Numbered from the stretch's first letter, positions 31,460 to 42,292 are shown. The stretch is 61,179 bases of DNA from Candidatus Dojkabacteria bacterium (GCA_026415655.1 JAOAGR010000010.1:1-61179); one strand, 5' to 3'. The notes: generated from the sequence alone by a model not told the origin. Numbers and translations are program-made.

Positions 31460-32794
31460 CTAACTAATCACATTCAAAAATTGATTGTAATTCGCATCTA
31501 TTAAAGTATATTTTTCATCTGTATCTTCAATTTCATCGTACCCCATCGGTATTGGTACTTTTATCCCCAATTTACTTTCCAAAACCTCTGGAAACTTACC
31601 GGGATGAGCTGTTTCTAGATTGATAATTAGAACATTTTCATCAGAATCTTCACTAAGGTATTTTTCTGAAGCACAAATTGCTACCGCTCCATGTGGTTCA
31701 ATAAGAGTATGATATTGGTTGTAAAATCTTACAATAGTATCTATGGTCTCTGTGTCACTTATCGAATAAGCGATGATATCATTATGTATCCTATCATAAT
31801 CAGGTTCAATTCGTATATTTCCTGTTTCATCAATATGCCCACCATAAAAGTCAACTATCCTCAGGATGTTATTTGGCTTACCTACATTCATTGCGTTAGA
31901 AATAGAATTTTTTGACATCTCTGCAGGTCTGTATTCATGAGTTTTTAAAAATCTATAAAATACATCATTTTCATTTACTGCTACAACAAACTTTTCGATA
32001 TTTAAACCCATTCTTTTTGCGATAATCCCAGCGGTCACATTTCCAAGATTACCAGAAGGAACAGAGAAAATAATCTTTTTATCCAAAGTGATAAGACGAG
32101 AATACAGATAGAGATAATATACTGATTGTGGTAGAAGTCTACCTATGTTTATTGAGTTAGCAGATGTAAGATTAAGATGTTTCAGATCTGGATCAGCAAA
32201 AGCTCTTTTTACAAAAGTCTGACAATCATCAAATTTGCCTTTTACTGCAATTGGAAAAATATTTTTATCAAGGGTTGTCATCTGTTTTCTCTGAAAAGGA
32301 ACTACCTCATCAATTGGAAATAAAATAACAACCTTAATGTTTTCCATACCATAAAAAGCGTGTGCAATTGCCGAACCTGTATCACCAGATGTTGCTACTA
32401 GAATAGTTATTTTACGATTTTGTTTTTTAAGAAAATATTCCATAAATCTAGCAAGCGATCTACCTCCAAAATCTTTAAATGAAGCTGTAGGACCTTGATC
32501 TAATCTTGCAATCAAAAAATTATCATTTACTTTTTCGATTGGTATATCAAAATTAAATACTTTTTCGGCTATTACTTTTAGATCAAATGGATCAATCTCA
32601 TCAGATAAAAATTTCTCAAAAAATAATGCTCCAATTTCTGCTAAGTTTAAATCTTTTAATCTATTTATCTCTTCAGTAGAAAATGTTGGAATATACTGAG
32701 GCATGTATAATCCCTTGTCTGGCGCTTGACCTAAAAATATGGCTTCTTCAAAAGTTACTTTTGGCGAAATCTTATTCGTACTATAAAATAACAT
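31460..32794 (-). CDS. thrC: Threonine synthase
   Basis: GPTASFKDFG (PLP lysine), ATSGDTG, NSINIGRL, PSGNLGN, TAHPGKF. Confidence 0.92.
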   Translation of the reverse strand: MLFYSTNKISPKVTFEEAIFLGQAPDKGLYMPQYIPTFSTEEINRLKDLNLAEIGALFFEKFLSDEIDPFDLKVIAEKVFNFDIPIEKVNDNFLIARLDQGPTASFKDFGGRSLARFMEYFLKKQNRKITILVATSGDTGSAIAHAFYGMENIKVVILFPIDEVVPFQRKQMTTLDKNIFPIAVKGKFDDCQTFVKRAFADPDLKHLNLTSANSINIGRLLPQSVYYLYLYSRLITLDKKIIFSVPSGNLGNVTAGIIAKRMGLNIEKFVVAVNENDVFYRFLKTHEYRPAEMSKNSISNAMNVGKPNNILRIVDFYGGHIDETGNIRIEPDYDRIHNDIIAYSISDTETIDTIVRFYNQYHTLIEPHGAVAICASEKYLSEDSDENVLIINLETAHPGKFPEVLESKLGIKVPIPMGYDEIEDTDEKYTLIDANYNQFLNVIS

Positions 32795-32802
32795 GAATAA
32801 GT

Positions 32803-33270
32803 TTATATTATCTCTAATATTTTTTGAATAATTTCATCAAGCTCTAGATCCTCGCAATCAACAGTATAATCAGCATATTTTTCATAAAGAATAATTCTCT
32901 CTTCGAAAAGTTGTTCGATTCCTTTATTTTTTAGCCCAACAATACCACCTCTTTGTTTTGGCAAACGAGAAATGATGGTTTGGAGGCTTTGAGATAAATA
33001 GACTATTTTCGAACACTTTCTGAACTCTTCCATTAATTTGGAATTGTATACAACACTACCACCCGGAGATAAAACTGCTCGATACATTGGGAGCTTTTCT
33101 AAAACTCGTTTTTCTTCGATTTCCAAAAAACCTTCATCACCTAATTCATCTAATATCTCTTGTAGTTTGCGACCTTCCGTAGCTTCTATATAGTCATCAA
33201 AATCAAAAAAATCATAATTTATATTCTGTGCTAATTTTTTACCGATATAACTTTTACCTGCACCGGGCAT
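32803..33270 (-). CDS. aroK: Shikimate kinase-like protein (true ATG probably 33308, shifted at a poly-A run)
   Basis: GMPGAGKS P-loop, DFDDYIE, LSPGGS, LFEER...YEKYAD. Confidence 0.75.
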   Translation of the reverse strand: MPGAGKSYIGKKLAQNINYDFFDFDDYIEATEGRKLQEILDELGDEGFLEIEEKRVLEKLPMYRAVLSPGGSVVYNSKLMEEFRKCSKIVYLSQSLQTIISRLPKQRGGIVGLKNKGIEQLFEERIILYEKYADYTVDCEDLELDEIIQKILEII

Positions 33271-33361
33271 GCCTATAAGAGTAATGCTTAGATTTTTTTT
33301 ATTGACATAGAAAACTAAATAAATTCTAAGACAATTATAGCTTAATTTGTAAAAATTTTAT

Positions 33362-34126
33362 TTACTTTTGAACGTACATTACACACCCAGATCTTCTGTA
33401 CAAACGATATTTTTTTATATCTTTCAAATTTAAAAACTGCATTGGCATATCTATTGGTAATAATGTTTTTTCATTACTTGAATTAGGAATATAACTTAAA
33501 AGATGATTCCAAGAAATAATTTTAAAGGCAGGAGGAAATGAATAAATAAAAATCTTTTTTATTTCTTTTTTTCTTCTTAAAATTCCTTTCTTGTACAGAT
33601 ATAAAATATTATTTTTAAATTTAAGCACTAACTTTCTATGCATAATAATTGGAGAGTTCAAAAAGTAATTTGATAATGCAGTTTTAGGCGATTCAAAATG
33701 AATTTCTTCTAGTTTCCCTGTAAATTTACAAACTGTAAGTCTAATAAATTCTATATCAATGCTAGTTCCATAATAAAATTCCCGAAAAATACGATAAATC
33801 TTATCTATTATTTTCACTGGATAATACTCATCATTCCAAAATAAATGATAATTAAGAAAGATTTTATTATTTTTTCTATCATCAATCACGGATACTGCAA
33901 TCATTTGTAAATAAGTTGGTTTTAAGTTAATATCAGAAAAATTTTTATCAATGTAAATTATTGGTTTAAATATTTTCGCTAGTTTATCGACTCTTACTTT
34001 CTTATTTGCAATCTTTACTTTTTCTCCTTCTGAGATAAATGCAAAATTGTTTTTTCTGGAATGAAATATGTGAAATATTACAGAACTAGAAATTGCTATA
34101 AATCCCCAAACCAGTATGTCAGACAT
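33362..34126 (-). CDS. Hypothetical basic protein
   Basis: 254-aa ORF; no recognised motif. Confidence 0.5.
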   Translation of the reverse strand: MSDILVWGFIAISSSVIFHIFHSRKNNFAFISEGEKVKIANKKVRVDKLAKIFKPIIYIDKNFSDINLKPTYLQMIAVSVIDDRKNNKIFLNYHLFWNDEYYPVKIIDKIYRIFREFYYGTSIDIEFIRLTVCKFTGKLEEIHFESPKTALSNYFLNSPIIMHRKLVLKFKNNILYLYKKGILRRKKEIKKIFIYSFPPAFKIISWNHLLSYIPNSSNEKTLLPIDMPMQFLNLKDIKKYRLYRRSGCVMYVQK

Positions 34127-34184
34127 AATTCTTAATAATTTGTTATTAATTTATATTAAAAATCTTGTAGAAATTTTTTAATTT

Positions 34185-35636
34185 TTGTATACTCAGTCTA
34201 TGAAAGTCAAATTTGGTACTTCCGGTTGGCGAGGTATCATCGCTAAAGATTTTACTTTTGAGAATCTAAAAATTTGCTTACAAGCAATAATAAAATATTT
34301 CAAAGAAAATAACTTGTCATCTGTAATCATCGGCTATGATACAAGATTTTTAGCAGAAGAATTCGCAAGATACGCTGCTACTTATCTAGCATCAAACGAA
34401 ATAAAAGTTTATTTCTGTGATAGAGATACTCCAACACCAGTCATAAGCTATGAGATAATACATAGGAAACTTGATGGAGGTATACACTTTACAGCATCAC
34501 ACAACCCACCTATCTATCAAGGTCTCAAATTTATTGGATCAAACGGCGCTAGTCCGCTAAAGGAAGTTACATCCCGTATAGAATCCTATATCGAAGAGAT
34601 ATACCCGAATCGTGCTCAGATCGAAGAACCAATTATTTCATTTGAATCGTTATTAGAATCTGGAAAAGTCCAAATAATAGATCCTAGCAAAGATTATATT
34701 GAATCAATAAAAAAATATATTGATATCGATGTCATTAGAAATGCAAATATCACAGTAGTTTATGACGCAATGTATGGTACGGGTCGTGACTATACTGATA
34801 AAATATTAAGAGATTTAGGTGTAAATGTAATAAGCATAAATAATTATCGCGATGCTTTATTTGGTGGGCATGCCCCAGAACCATCTACGAAAAATCTTAC
34901 AAAACTGTCAGAAACTGTATTATCAGAATCTACAAATAATAATTTAGTAATAGGTATTGCAAATGATGGAGATGCCGATAGATATGCTGTAGTAGATTCA
35001 GATGGAACATATGTGGATGCAAATTATCTTTTAGCTATTCTTTTTGACTACGCACTCAAATATAAACCTACTTGGAAAGGGAGTGTAGTGAGATCTGTTG
35101 GTACAACTCATCTAATAGATAAAATTGCGGAAAAGCACAGTATCAAAGTACACGAAGTACCAGTTGGATTTAAGTATATTGGTGATATTATGCTAAAAGA
35201 AGATATTATTGTAGGTGGTGAAGAATCAAATGGGCTTTCTGTAAATGGCCATATTCCAGAAAAAGATGGTATCTTAGCTTGTCTTTTGTTTGTAGAGATT
35301 TTTGCAAGAATAAAAGTGAAATTCGGTGAATACATTCAAAATCTAATGACACAATATGGTAGTTTTGTCCCAATTAAAGCCAGTGTAAAACTCACAGAAG
35401 AACAAAAAGTAAAACTTATTGATATATTAGAAAATGACAAAATAAAAGAATTAAATGGACAAAAAGTAGTGAAAGTAAATAAACTGGACGGAATAAAATT
35501 GATTACCGAAGACGGAACATGGGCACTTTTGAGATTTAGCGGTACTGAACCACTTGTTAGACTTTATGCTGAGAGTAGTAACCACGAAAAAACAGAAGCA
35601 TTAATCAGTTACATAAAAAATTTAGTAGTAACTTAA
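34185..35636 (+). CDS. Phosphoglucomutase/phosphomannomutase
   Basis: FGTSGWRG, TASHNP, DGDADR, GGEES, RFSGTEP. Confidence 0.95.
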   Translation: MYTQSMKVKFGTSGWRGIIAKDFTFENLKICLQAIIKYFKENNLSSVIIGYDTRFLAEEFARYAATYLASNEIKVYFCDRDTPTPVISYEIIHRKLDGGIHFTASHNPPIYQGLKFIGSNGASPLKEVTSRIESYIEEIYPNRAQIEEPIISFESLLESGKVQIIDPSKDYIESIKKYIDIDVIRNANITVVYDAMYGTGRDYTDKILRDLGVNVISINNYRDALFGGHAPEPSTKNLTKLSETVLSESTNNNLVIGIANDGDADRYAVVDSDGTYVDANYLLAILFDYALKYKPTWKGSVVRSVGTTHLIDKIAEKHSIKVHEVPVGFKYIGDIMLKEDIIVGGEESNGLSVNGHIPEKDGILACLLFVEIFARIKVKFGEYIQNLMTQYGSFVPIKASVKLTEEQKVKLIDILENDKIKELNGQKVVKVNKLDGIKLITEDGTWALLRFSGTEPLVRLYAESSNHEKTEALISYIKNLVVT

Positions 35637-35703
35637 GTATGATAGTAATCACAAAATATGTAAAATAAATTTTTACTCTTTAATTTGTATTTTATTTATT
35701 GTC

Positions 35704-36057
35704 TTAATCGCTTATATCATTAGGATCTTGATTTTCTGATGAACTCAAAAATAAAGACATAAGATGTATAATACTAGCGACAGCAGACCCAATAGCGGCA
35801 TACGCCACAGGATTATATGCTGTACCGTAGTAAAAATTAGATAATATAAGTCCTGGTAGAGCAGACAACGCACAACAGGGCACAGTGATAACCAAAGGAG
35901 AACCAGGTGGTAGTTTCAATAATTTTGATAAGATCTCTGATAAACCACCAAAAGCTGCCCCTGCTAATATACTTATTGCAAATGGATTTTGTATAACAAC
36001 ATTTAAATATTCTTCCATAATATAATAAATTTTACCAAGACATTTTATAAATTGCAA
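35704..36057 (-). CDS. Hypothetical membrane protein
   Basis: Three hydrophobic segments. Confidence 0.45.
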   Translation of the reverse strand: MQFIKCLGKIYYIMEEYLNVVIQNPFAISILAGAAFGGLSEILSKLLKLPPGSPLVITVPCCALSALPGLILSNFYYGTAYNPVAYAAIGSAVASIIHLMSLFLSSSENQDPNDISD

Positions 36058-36193
36058 TATACTGATCTATAATATCATTTATAAAATATTGTATTTTCAT
36101 AATATATAAATATTAATGTATATTGTAAAATCAAAACACAAATCAAAACATATTAAAATATTAGTATGATTACCATATAATAAGTAAAATAAA

Positions 36194-37207
36194 ATGTTTC
36201 ACTTTATAAGTAAACTATTCCAATCAAACTCCCAACCACTTATCCCTCAACAATCAAATAATAACGACTTAAATGATAACCTTGCAAAGAAGTACAAAAG
36301 CTTACCCACAATAGATGATGTAACAACTATTGATGAAGTAAAAGAATTAATAAAACAATACGATTTAGACAATTACTTGGATGCTTTATTAGGACAGATA
36401 AAATCGGAAATAATCATAAGATTAGATAAAGAAGGAAGAGGCAGGATAGGATCCTCAAGGCTTGGTGGATATCCAGACTTGCCTATGGGAATGGACTGGC
36501 CAAAAGGTGATTGGAATAGACCATTGTCTTTTGTTGCTCAAATAAATTTAGAAGAATTAAGAGATATACAGATAGATATAAATTTCCCAAGATATGGTAT
36601 TTTATATTTCTTTGCTGAGTATGGAAATGAAGATTTTGGTACTAAAAAATCACATTCGAAAAAATTTCGTGTGATTTATACAAATGATCCCAAAAACACA
36701 TCTCCATTTTATCCTAATTCAAACCAAGACAAACATTTTCAAATATTTAAAGAATATTCGGTTAATTTTCGGACTAAACATGGACTTCCATCTTCCTCAA
36801 GTGATTTTATATTTAATCTTTTTGCCGAAAAACATAATGATCACAACCGTTATGAATTAATGGTTCCTAGAGGAAAAAATAATTATCACAAAATGTTTGG
36901 TCATCCAAGTGTATTACAATCCGATATAGAAGAAATATGTGAAGCGATTTATAGAGGATATGATTATGATAATGATCTTTTATGGCGTTCATTTAATTAC
37001 CATGATAAATATGATCAGGAGTTAGTTAACAGTATCGAAAGTGAAGCCAAAAATTGGATACTACTATTACAAGTTGACTCTGATCCGAGATTAAATATTA
37101 ACTGGTCTGATAACAGTGGCAGAACATTTTACTGCATTCGTAGACAAGATCTAGAAAAAGGCGACTTCAGTCATGTATGGTGCGTACAACAACCATTATT
37201 TTATTGA
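36194..37207 (+). CDS. YwqG/DUF1963 family protein
   Basis: SSRLGGYPDLP, PLSFVAQINL, GILYFF, LLLQVDSD, FYCIRRQDL. Confidence 0.85.
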   Translation: MFHFISKLFQSNSQPLIPQQSNNNDLNDNLAKKYKSLPTIDDVTTIDEVKELIKQYDLDNYLDALLGQIKSEIIIRLDKEGRGRIGSSRLGGYPDLPMGMDWPKGDWNRPLSFVAQINLEELRDIQIDINFPRYGILYFFAEYGNEDFGTKKSHSKKFRVIYTNDPKNTSPFYPNSNQDKHFQIFKEYSVNFRTKHGLPSSSSDFIFNLFAEKHNDHNRYELMVPRGKNNYHKMFGHPSVLQSDIEEICEAIYRGYDYDNDLLWRSFNYHDKYDQELVNSIESEAKNWILLLQVDSDPRLNINWSDNSGRTFYCIRRQDLEKGDFSHVWCVQQPLFY

Positions 37208-37439
37208 AATTATGGATGAAAAATTACTAAATGGCGAATATCATGATCTAGATGATTTTATATCAAAATATATCCTATCTGATGAAGCAATAGTTTATAA
37301 ATGGAATAAGATCACTCCTCGTCAAAGGGATGAATGGATATGCTTTATCACAAGCGCCAAAAAACATGAAACAAAAGAAAAAAGAGCGTTAAAAATGTTA
37401 AATTTTCTTAAATCTGGAAGAAATGAATCTTGCTGCTGA
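37173..37439 (+). CDS. YdeI/OmpD-associated family protein; probably extends to 37487 through a TGA
   Basis: WNKITPRQRDEWICFITSAKKHETKEKR; CC*PGCMHR continues in frame. Confidence 0.7.
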   Translation: MYGAYNNHYFIEIMDEKLLNGEYHDLDDFISKYILSDEAIVYKWNKITPRQRDEWICFITSAKKHETKEKRALKMLNFLKSGRNESCC

Positions 37440-37643
37440 CCTGGGTGTATGCATAGAATTAAATTAGATCAGTTCACGTCTCTTTAGTATTTTGCTACAT
37501 ATATTTGTGTAAAATATTATAAGTTTGATCTATATACATTTCTAAAGGTTTTGCTTTACTCAAAAATTTAAAAACACACCCAACATATTATATTCAAATT
37601 AAAAATAAATATCATAATAAACTTCTATAAATCAGCAAATATA

Positions 37644-37994
37644 TTATACATTTTTATCATTTTTTCCACTGATATTTTTGTTATCGTCATGATATTTTAG
37701 ACCTGCCCATATAGCACAACCTGTAAGACCACCAAGCATCAACGCTAATTTATAGGGATCCATAGGAAATAACAAGGGTATCGACAAAAAAGCAAGTGGA
37801 GCTGCAAACTTAGCAATCAAAGAACAGTGTTCATTCAAAAACGGTAAGTTAGTTTTTGTCCCTAAATATCTAATCCCATCAGCAAGTACATGAGAAGCTA
37901 CCATCTGCGAAGTTAGACCCGCTGCCGCAGCAATTACCCCATAGAAGAGAGGATGATTTTTAATTGCTTCGACTATATCAAACCAAGATTCCAT
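37644..37994 (-). CDS. Hypothetical membrane protein
   Basis: Hydrophobic helices; overlaps the end of the upstream gene. Confidence 0.45.
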   Translation of the reverse strand: MESWFDIVEAIKNHPLFYGVIAAAAGLTSQMVASHVLADGIRYLGTKTNLPFLNEHCSLIAKFAAPLAFLSIPLLFPMDPYKLALMLGGLTGCAIWAGLKYHDDNKNISGKNDKNV

Positions 37995-38949
37995 AGTATT
38001 TAATTTTATAGTATACGATGATTTCTGTCAATCCTTCCTCCAACCTCACCCTCGGCCTCCAATCCAAAAGCTTCATAGCTTTTGATATATCTGGTTTTCT
38101 CTGTTTTGGATCATCTTTGGGTAGATCGCAGAATATTATTTTTGATTTAGCATTTGTCATTTTAATTACCATCTCTGCCAATTCTAGTATTGTAAATTCT
38201 TCAGGGTTACCGATATTGATTGCTTGAAAAGGTATATCACGTTCCATATATCTGATCATTCCGTCCAATAAATCATCTATGTATTGAAACGACCTTGTTT
38301 GTGAACCATCACCATAGATAGTGATATCTTCATTATTTAACGCCTGCAGAACAAAATTAGTGATTACCCTACCATCTTGTGGATCCATAAAAGGTCCGTA
38401 AGTGTTAAATATACGTACTATCTTTATATCAAGATTAAAAAGTCTATGATATTCATAACAGATAGTTTCAGAGATTCTTTTTCCTTCGTCATAACAACTG
38501 CGAGGACCGATAGTGTTTACATTGCCACGGTAATCCTCATGTTGTGGATGTACCAAAGGATCACCATAAATCTCCGATGTTGATGTATGCAATACTTTTG
38601 CTCCATATCTTTTTGCAATCTCAAGAATATTCATCATTCCTTCAGTATTTACCGTGATAGTTTCCAAAGAAAGATTCATATATCTGGGTGGTGAAGCTGG
38701 ACATGCAAGATTATAGATTTCGTCTACTTTTTGAAATTGTCCTAATAATCTATCCAATTCATCTTTTTCAGCTATATCAACTTCAAAAAAATAATAATTC
38801 GGATTATCCTTGTATATTTCAGATTTCCATTTTTCGGAAGATGAAAAATTATCAATTCCTATCACGACATGACCTTGTTTTAATAACAGTCCGACTAGGT
38901 TTGTACCTATAAATCCTGATGAACCAGTAACTAAGATAGTTTTAGACAT
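37978..38949 (-). CDS. UDP-glucuronate decarboxylase-like NAD-dependent epimerase
   Basis: VTGSSGFIG, LACPASP, STSEIYGDP, RSCYDEGKR, DDPKQRKPDI. Confidence 0.92.
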   Translation of the reverse strand: MSKTILVTGSSGFIGTNLVGLLLKQGHVVIGIDNFSSSEKWKSEIYKDNPNYYFFEVDIAEKDELDRLLGQFQKVDEIYNLACPASPPRYMNLSLETITVNTEGMMNILEIAKRYGAKVLHTSTSEIYGDPLVHPQHEDYRGNVNTIGPRSCYDEGKRISETICYEYHRLFNLDIKIVRIFNTYGPFMDPQDGRVITNFVLQALNNEDITIYGDGSQTRSFQYIDDLLDGMIRYMERDIPFQAINIGNPEEFTILELAEMVIKMTNAKSKIIFCDLPKDDPKQRKPDISKAMKLLDWRPRVRLEEGLTEIIVYYKIKYYGILV

Positions 38950-39066
38950 TGTTTAATTATAAAGATTTTTATATAAAATTAAATAACCAATTCATTTTGT
39001 TATTTTATAATTTTTATTTGAAACCAAAAAATAATCAACTTCATAAGCGAATAAATAGCAGTTACG

Positions 39067-39840
39067 TTATTTACATTTATCCCACAATCCCTTATATTGT
39101 TCTCTAGCCTTTTTTTGAGCATCTAAAAATCTATCTTGGTATTTTACATCTGGAGGAAAGGTACTGACCTGAGCATAACCTTCGGCTACAAGTTTTTCAT
39201 TCACCATAGTTCCATCATCTAAGTACACATACCGCAATAAACGTCCATATTTATCCGTCTCACTCACGTCTTTTTCTAGCTTTACCTTTTTATTTAATAC
39301 CAAACTCGCATTGAAACTTTTCGCTTCTTCATAAAAACATCTATCTCCCTCAGGTGTATTTACGCCAATATATCTTATTCTCTTTGTTTCATTATTGATT
39401 ATTACATCAATTGTATCTCCATCGATAACTTTCGTAACATAAGCATCTGAAAGTTGAGTATTTTGGTTATTTATTGTGATGTTTGAATTAGAATCTGTTG
39501 AACTGTCTGTTTTAGTTTTAGATTCGTTAGAATTAATCTCTCCATTATCATCACTCTGTTTTTCATTTTTATTTTCTTGTGTTGGATTGATTATAGTATT
39601 CACATTTTGCAATTCTCTTTGGATTACACTACCTGATTGGAACAGAAAGGAAAAAAGAATAAAACAGCATAAACAAATGATACATAGGAAAATTATTACT
39701 AAGACAACAGCAAATATGCCCATTTTGGACCTAAAACGCCAAGCTAACGCTATAAATTTTCTATTACGTTCATCGGCAAAAAAACGAATTACGGAATATA
39801 TAAATTGCTTATTAATTCTGAAATTCTTTAAATTATTCAT
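39067..39840 (-). CDS. Membrane-anchored thermonuclease (SNase family)
   Basis: VIDGDTI, RYIGVNTPE, DKYGRLLRYVY, AQKKAREQYKGLW. Confidence 0.9.
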   Translation of the reverse strand: MNNLKNFRINKQFIYSVIRFFADERNRKFIALAWRFRSKMGIFAVVLVIIFLCIICLCCFILFSFLFQSGSVIQRELQNVNTIINPTQENKNEKQSDDNGEINSNESKTKTDSSTDSNSNITINNQNTQLSDAYVTKVIDGDTIDVIINNETKRIRYIGVNTPEGDRCFYEEAKSFNASLVLNKKVKLEKDVSETDKYGRLLRYVYLDDGTMVNEKLVAEGYAQVSTFPPDVKYQDRFLDAQKKAREQYKGLWDKCK

Positions 39841-39915
39841 CGCAGATATTATAGTGAATTAAATTTTAAACTTACAAATCACAATTTATAAAAATAAATC
39901 AACAATCTGATAAAA

Positions 39916-40653
39916 TTGAACATGGTACAAAAGGCTAAAATCTATATTCCAACAGCTCAAACCAAATTAAAACCCGAATCACAAGTATATGTTCACATGG
40001 TGCGTGAAACTTATATTATGAAAATCATCGAGGCAGGCGGTATACCAATCGTTATTCCATCAATTGATAATGAAGATATCATCAATTTGGTACTCGATGA
40101 GGCTGACGGCATACTACTAACCGGCGGCAGCGATATCGACCCACAATTGTACAATCGGGAAAGGCATGAAAAAACAGTGATGAAAGAACCACAAAGGGAC
40201 ATCTTCGAAATATCATTAGTGCAAAAAGCTATGAGTGCTAGAATCCCAATATTAGGCATATGCAGAGGTGCTCAGATATTGGCTGTAGCAAACGGCGGTG
40301 AGCTATATCAACATATACTAGATATAACCGATACAAAACACGGTGCAGATGATTACGATGATTTATTTAAACCAGAGTTTAGACATAAAGTATTTGTACA
40401 AAAAGATTCTAAGGTATTTGAAATTATCAAAACCGAAGAGATAGAAATCACATCTGCTCATCATCAAGCAGTAAAAAACCCAGGCAAAAATATGCGCATT
40501 GTAGGCACAACGGCTGATGGTATAACTGAAATAATTGAGCATGAAGATAAAGACTATTTTTGTATAGGGTTTCAGGGGCATATTGAAACACAATCGGAAG
40601 ATGCAATAAAACAAATATTTCTTCCATTTATTGAGAACTCCAACAAATATTGA
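39916..40653 (+). CDS. Gamma-glutamyl-gamma-aminobutyrate hydrolase family (peptidase C26)
   Basis: LLTGGSDIDP, PILGICRGAQ, SAHHQAV, QGHIE. Confidence 0.88.
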   Translation: MNMVQKAKIYIPTAQTKLKPESQVYVHMVRETYIMKIIEAGGIPIVIPSIDNEDIINLVLDEADGILLTGGSDIDPQLYNRERHEKTVMKEPQRDIFEISLVQKAMSARIPILGICRGAQILAVANGGELYQHILDITDTKHGADDYDDLFKPEFRHKVFVQKDSKVFEIIKTEEIEITSAHHQAVKNPGKNMRIVGTTADGITEIIEHEDKDYFCIGFQGHIETQSEDAIKQIFLPFIENSNKY

Positions 40654-41020
40654 ATGTCTGTTATGACGAATATAGTTATCAAATAATGTTTGCCACTCTA
40701 AAATTTCTCATCACTAGCCTTGATTAATAGAATAAGTTCAAACACACAGTAGAGTTTTAGATTATCCGAATTAAATTCAGTTCATCTGGTGGGATTTAAT
40801 TAATATAAAGACAACAAAAATCATGTATTAATAAAAAGCAACTGTTACAGAATATCTATGAAAATAATTAAATACAATGAAACAGTAAAGACGTTGTTAA
40901 TGTCAATGGAATTACCTAAAAAAGCATGTTCTTCTATATGTTTTGTTTTGATATCAATACCCAAATGTTTCTTTTTTATTAAACATTTTTTATTAGATAA
41001 TAGTAAAATCTGTTTATATC

Positions 41021-41584
41021 ATGAATGAAACAGATATATTACAAAAATTACGCCAAATCATATCAAAAGGTAAAGACAAAGTTTTAATTATCATTGGTGG
41101 TGCTCCCGGTGCGGGAAAAACAACATTAGCAAAAAAAATTGCAGATTTTATTGTTCATAAAACTAGAAGTTTAAAAATAAGACATATCGATATAGATGAT
41201 AAAAAAGAAAAAGAATTATTTTTAAGCACTCGCGGTACCGATGAACAATGGCCATCCTACAAATGGGAAGTATTTCACAACAAAATAAACGAATCATTAC
41301 AGAAAAACAATATAACCATTGCAACCGCAACATTTAGTAGACATACCGATAGACAATACTACGAGGACCTTTGTAATAAATCCAACATAGAGTTTTTGGG
41401 GATATGGTTAGAAATTGATTTACTTCAATCTATCAAACGCCAAAAATACAGAGCACAAAGTGAAGGACATATAGACCCTGTAGATACGATAGAAGAGAGG
41501 GCAAAATTGTGGTTTGAAAAATATAAAGATGAAACATCAAAAGACAAATTTTCTATTAAATGGAGCATGTTAAAAGCTAAATAA
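41021..41584 (+). CDS. P-loop kinase (AAA_33-like)
   Basis: IIGGAPGAGKTT Walker A. Confidence 0.65.
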   Translation: MNETDILQKLRQIISKGKDKVLIIIGGAPGAGKTTLAKKIADFIVHKTRSLKIRHIDIDDKKEKELFLSTRGTDEQWPSYKWEVFHNKINESLQKNNITIATATFSRHTDRQYYEDLCNKSNIEFLGIWLEIDLLQSIKRQKYRAQSEGHIDPVDTIEERAKLWFEKYKDETSKDKFSIKWSMLKAK

Positions 41585-41593
41585 TAAAAACAT

Positions 41594-42292
41594 CTAGTTG
41601 CCTTCATAGACCACTTGAATTGGTAAATCAATTATTTCACCATTCTCAATAATAACATCCGGACCGAATATACCTTTTAAGGTACCTCGAAACTTTGCGG
41701 ACATAATAACAGTTTTTGCATTCTTTTCATCCCACTTTGTGAATTCAAGTGTAAAATCAGTTTTCTGTTCTGGTAAATCATCTTGATATGCATTCGTGAA
41801 GTTTTTTCTAGAATATAAAACCTCCAAAATACCAGAATATTTACCTAGCCCGGGCTTAAATTCTTTTATAGTTATCATTATACTTTCGGGTTTTTCTTTA
41901 CCTCTAACTTCTCCAAAAGCTAAAATAAGAAAAGGAGAATCTACCCCAAGTATCTTATTTCCATTAGGATAAAACTGCGATCCTCCATACTGAGTTATAC
42001 CATTCCAATCTTCGTGATTTACAACAGCCTTTAGATAAACTTTATTTAGATCCGAATTATTTGTAGTAGTCGTTGGATATTCTGTGTCAGTCGTATCTAT
42101 CTGCTTATTTGTATTTTCATCAGTCGTCCTCGGATCTTCTGTACTCATATTTTGTTTAAATGATTTATTTTCATCTCTATTTGTAAATAAATTATATACC
42201 AATAAGGCAATTACTACCGATGCCACAACAACTACTGACAAAACTACACCCACTATTAATAAAACTTTTTGGTTTTTGATTATATTTTCCAT
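41594..42292 (-). CDS. Hypothetical membrane-anchored exported protein
   Basis: N-terminal TM, T/N-rich linker, beta-rich C-terminus. Confidence 0.5.
   Translation of the reverse strand: MENIIKNQKVLLIVGVVLSVVVVASVVIALLVYNLFTNRDENKSFKQNMSTEDPRTTDENTNKQIDTTDTEYPTTTTNNSDLNKVYLKAVVNHEDWNGITQYGGSQFYPNGNKILGVDSPFLILAFGEVRGKEKPESIMITIKEFKPGLGKYSGILEVLYSRKNFTNAYQDDLPEQKTDFTLEFTKWDEKNAKTVIMSAKFRGTLKGIFGPDVIIENGEIIDLPIQVVYEGN

Noticed and set aside
40654-41020. Possible degraded minus-strand gene remnant (KKHLGIDIKTKHIEEHAFLG...)
   Set aside because: Several stops and frame changes and no motif I can assign with confidence.
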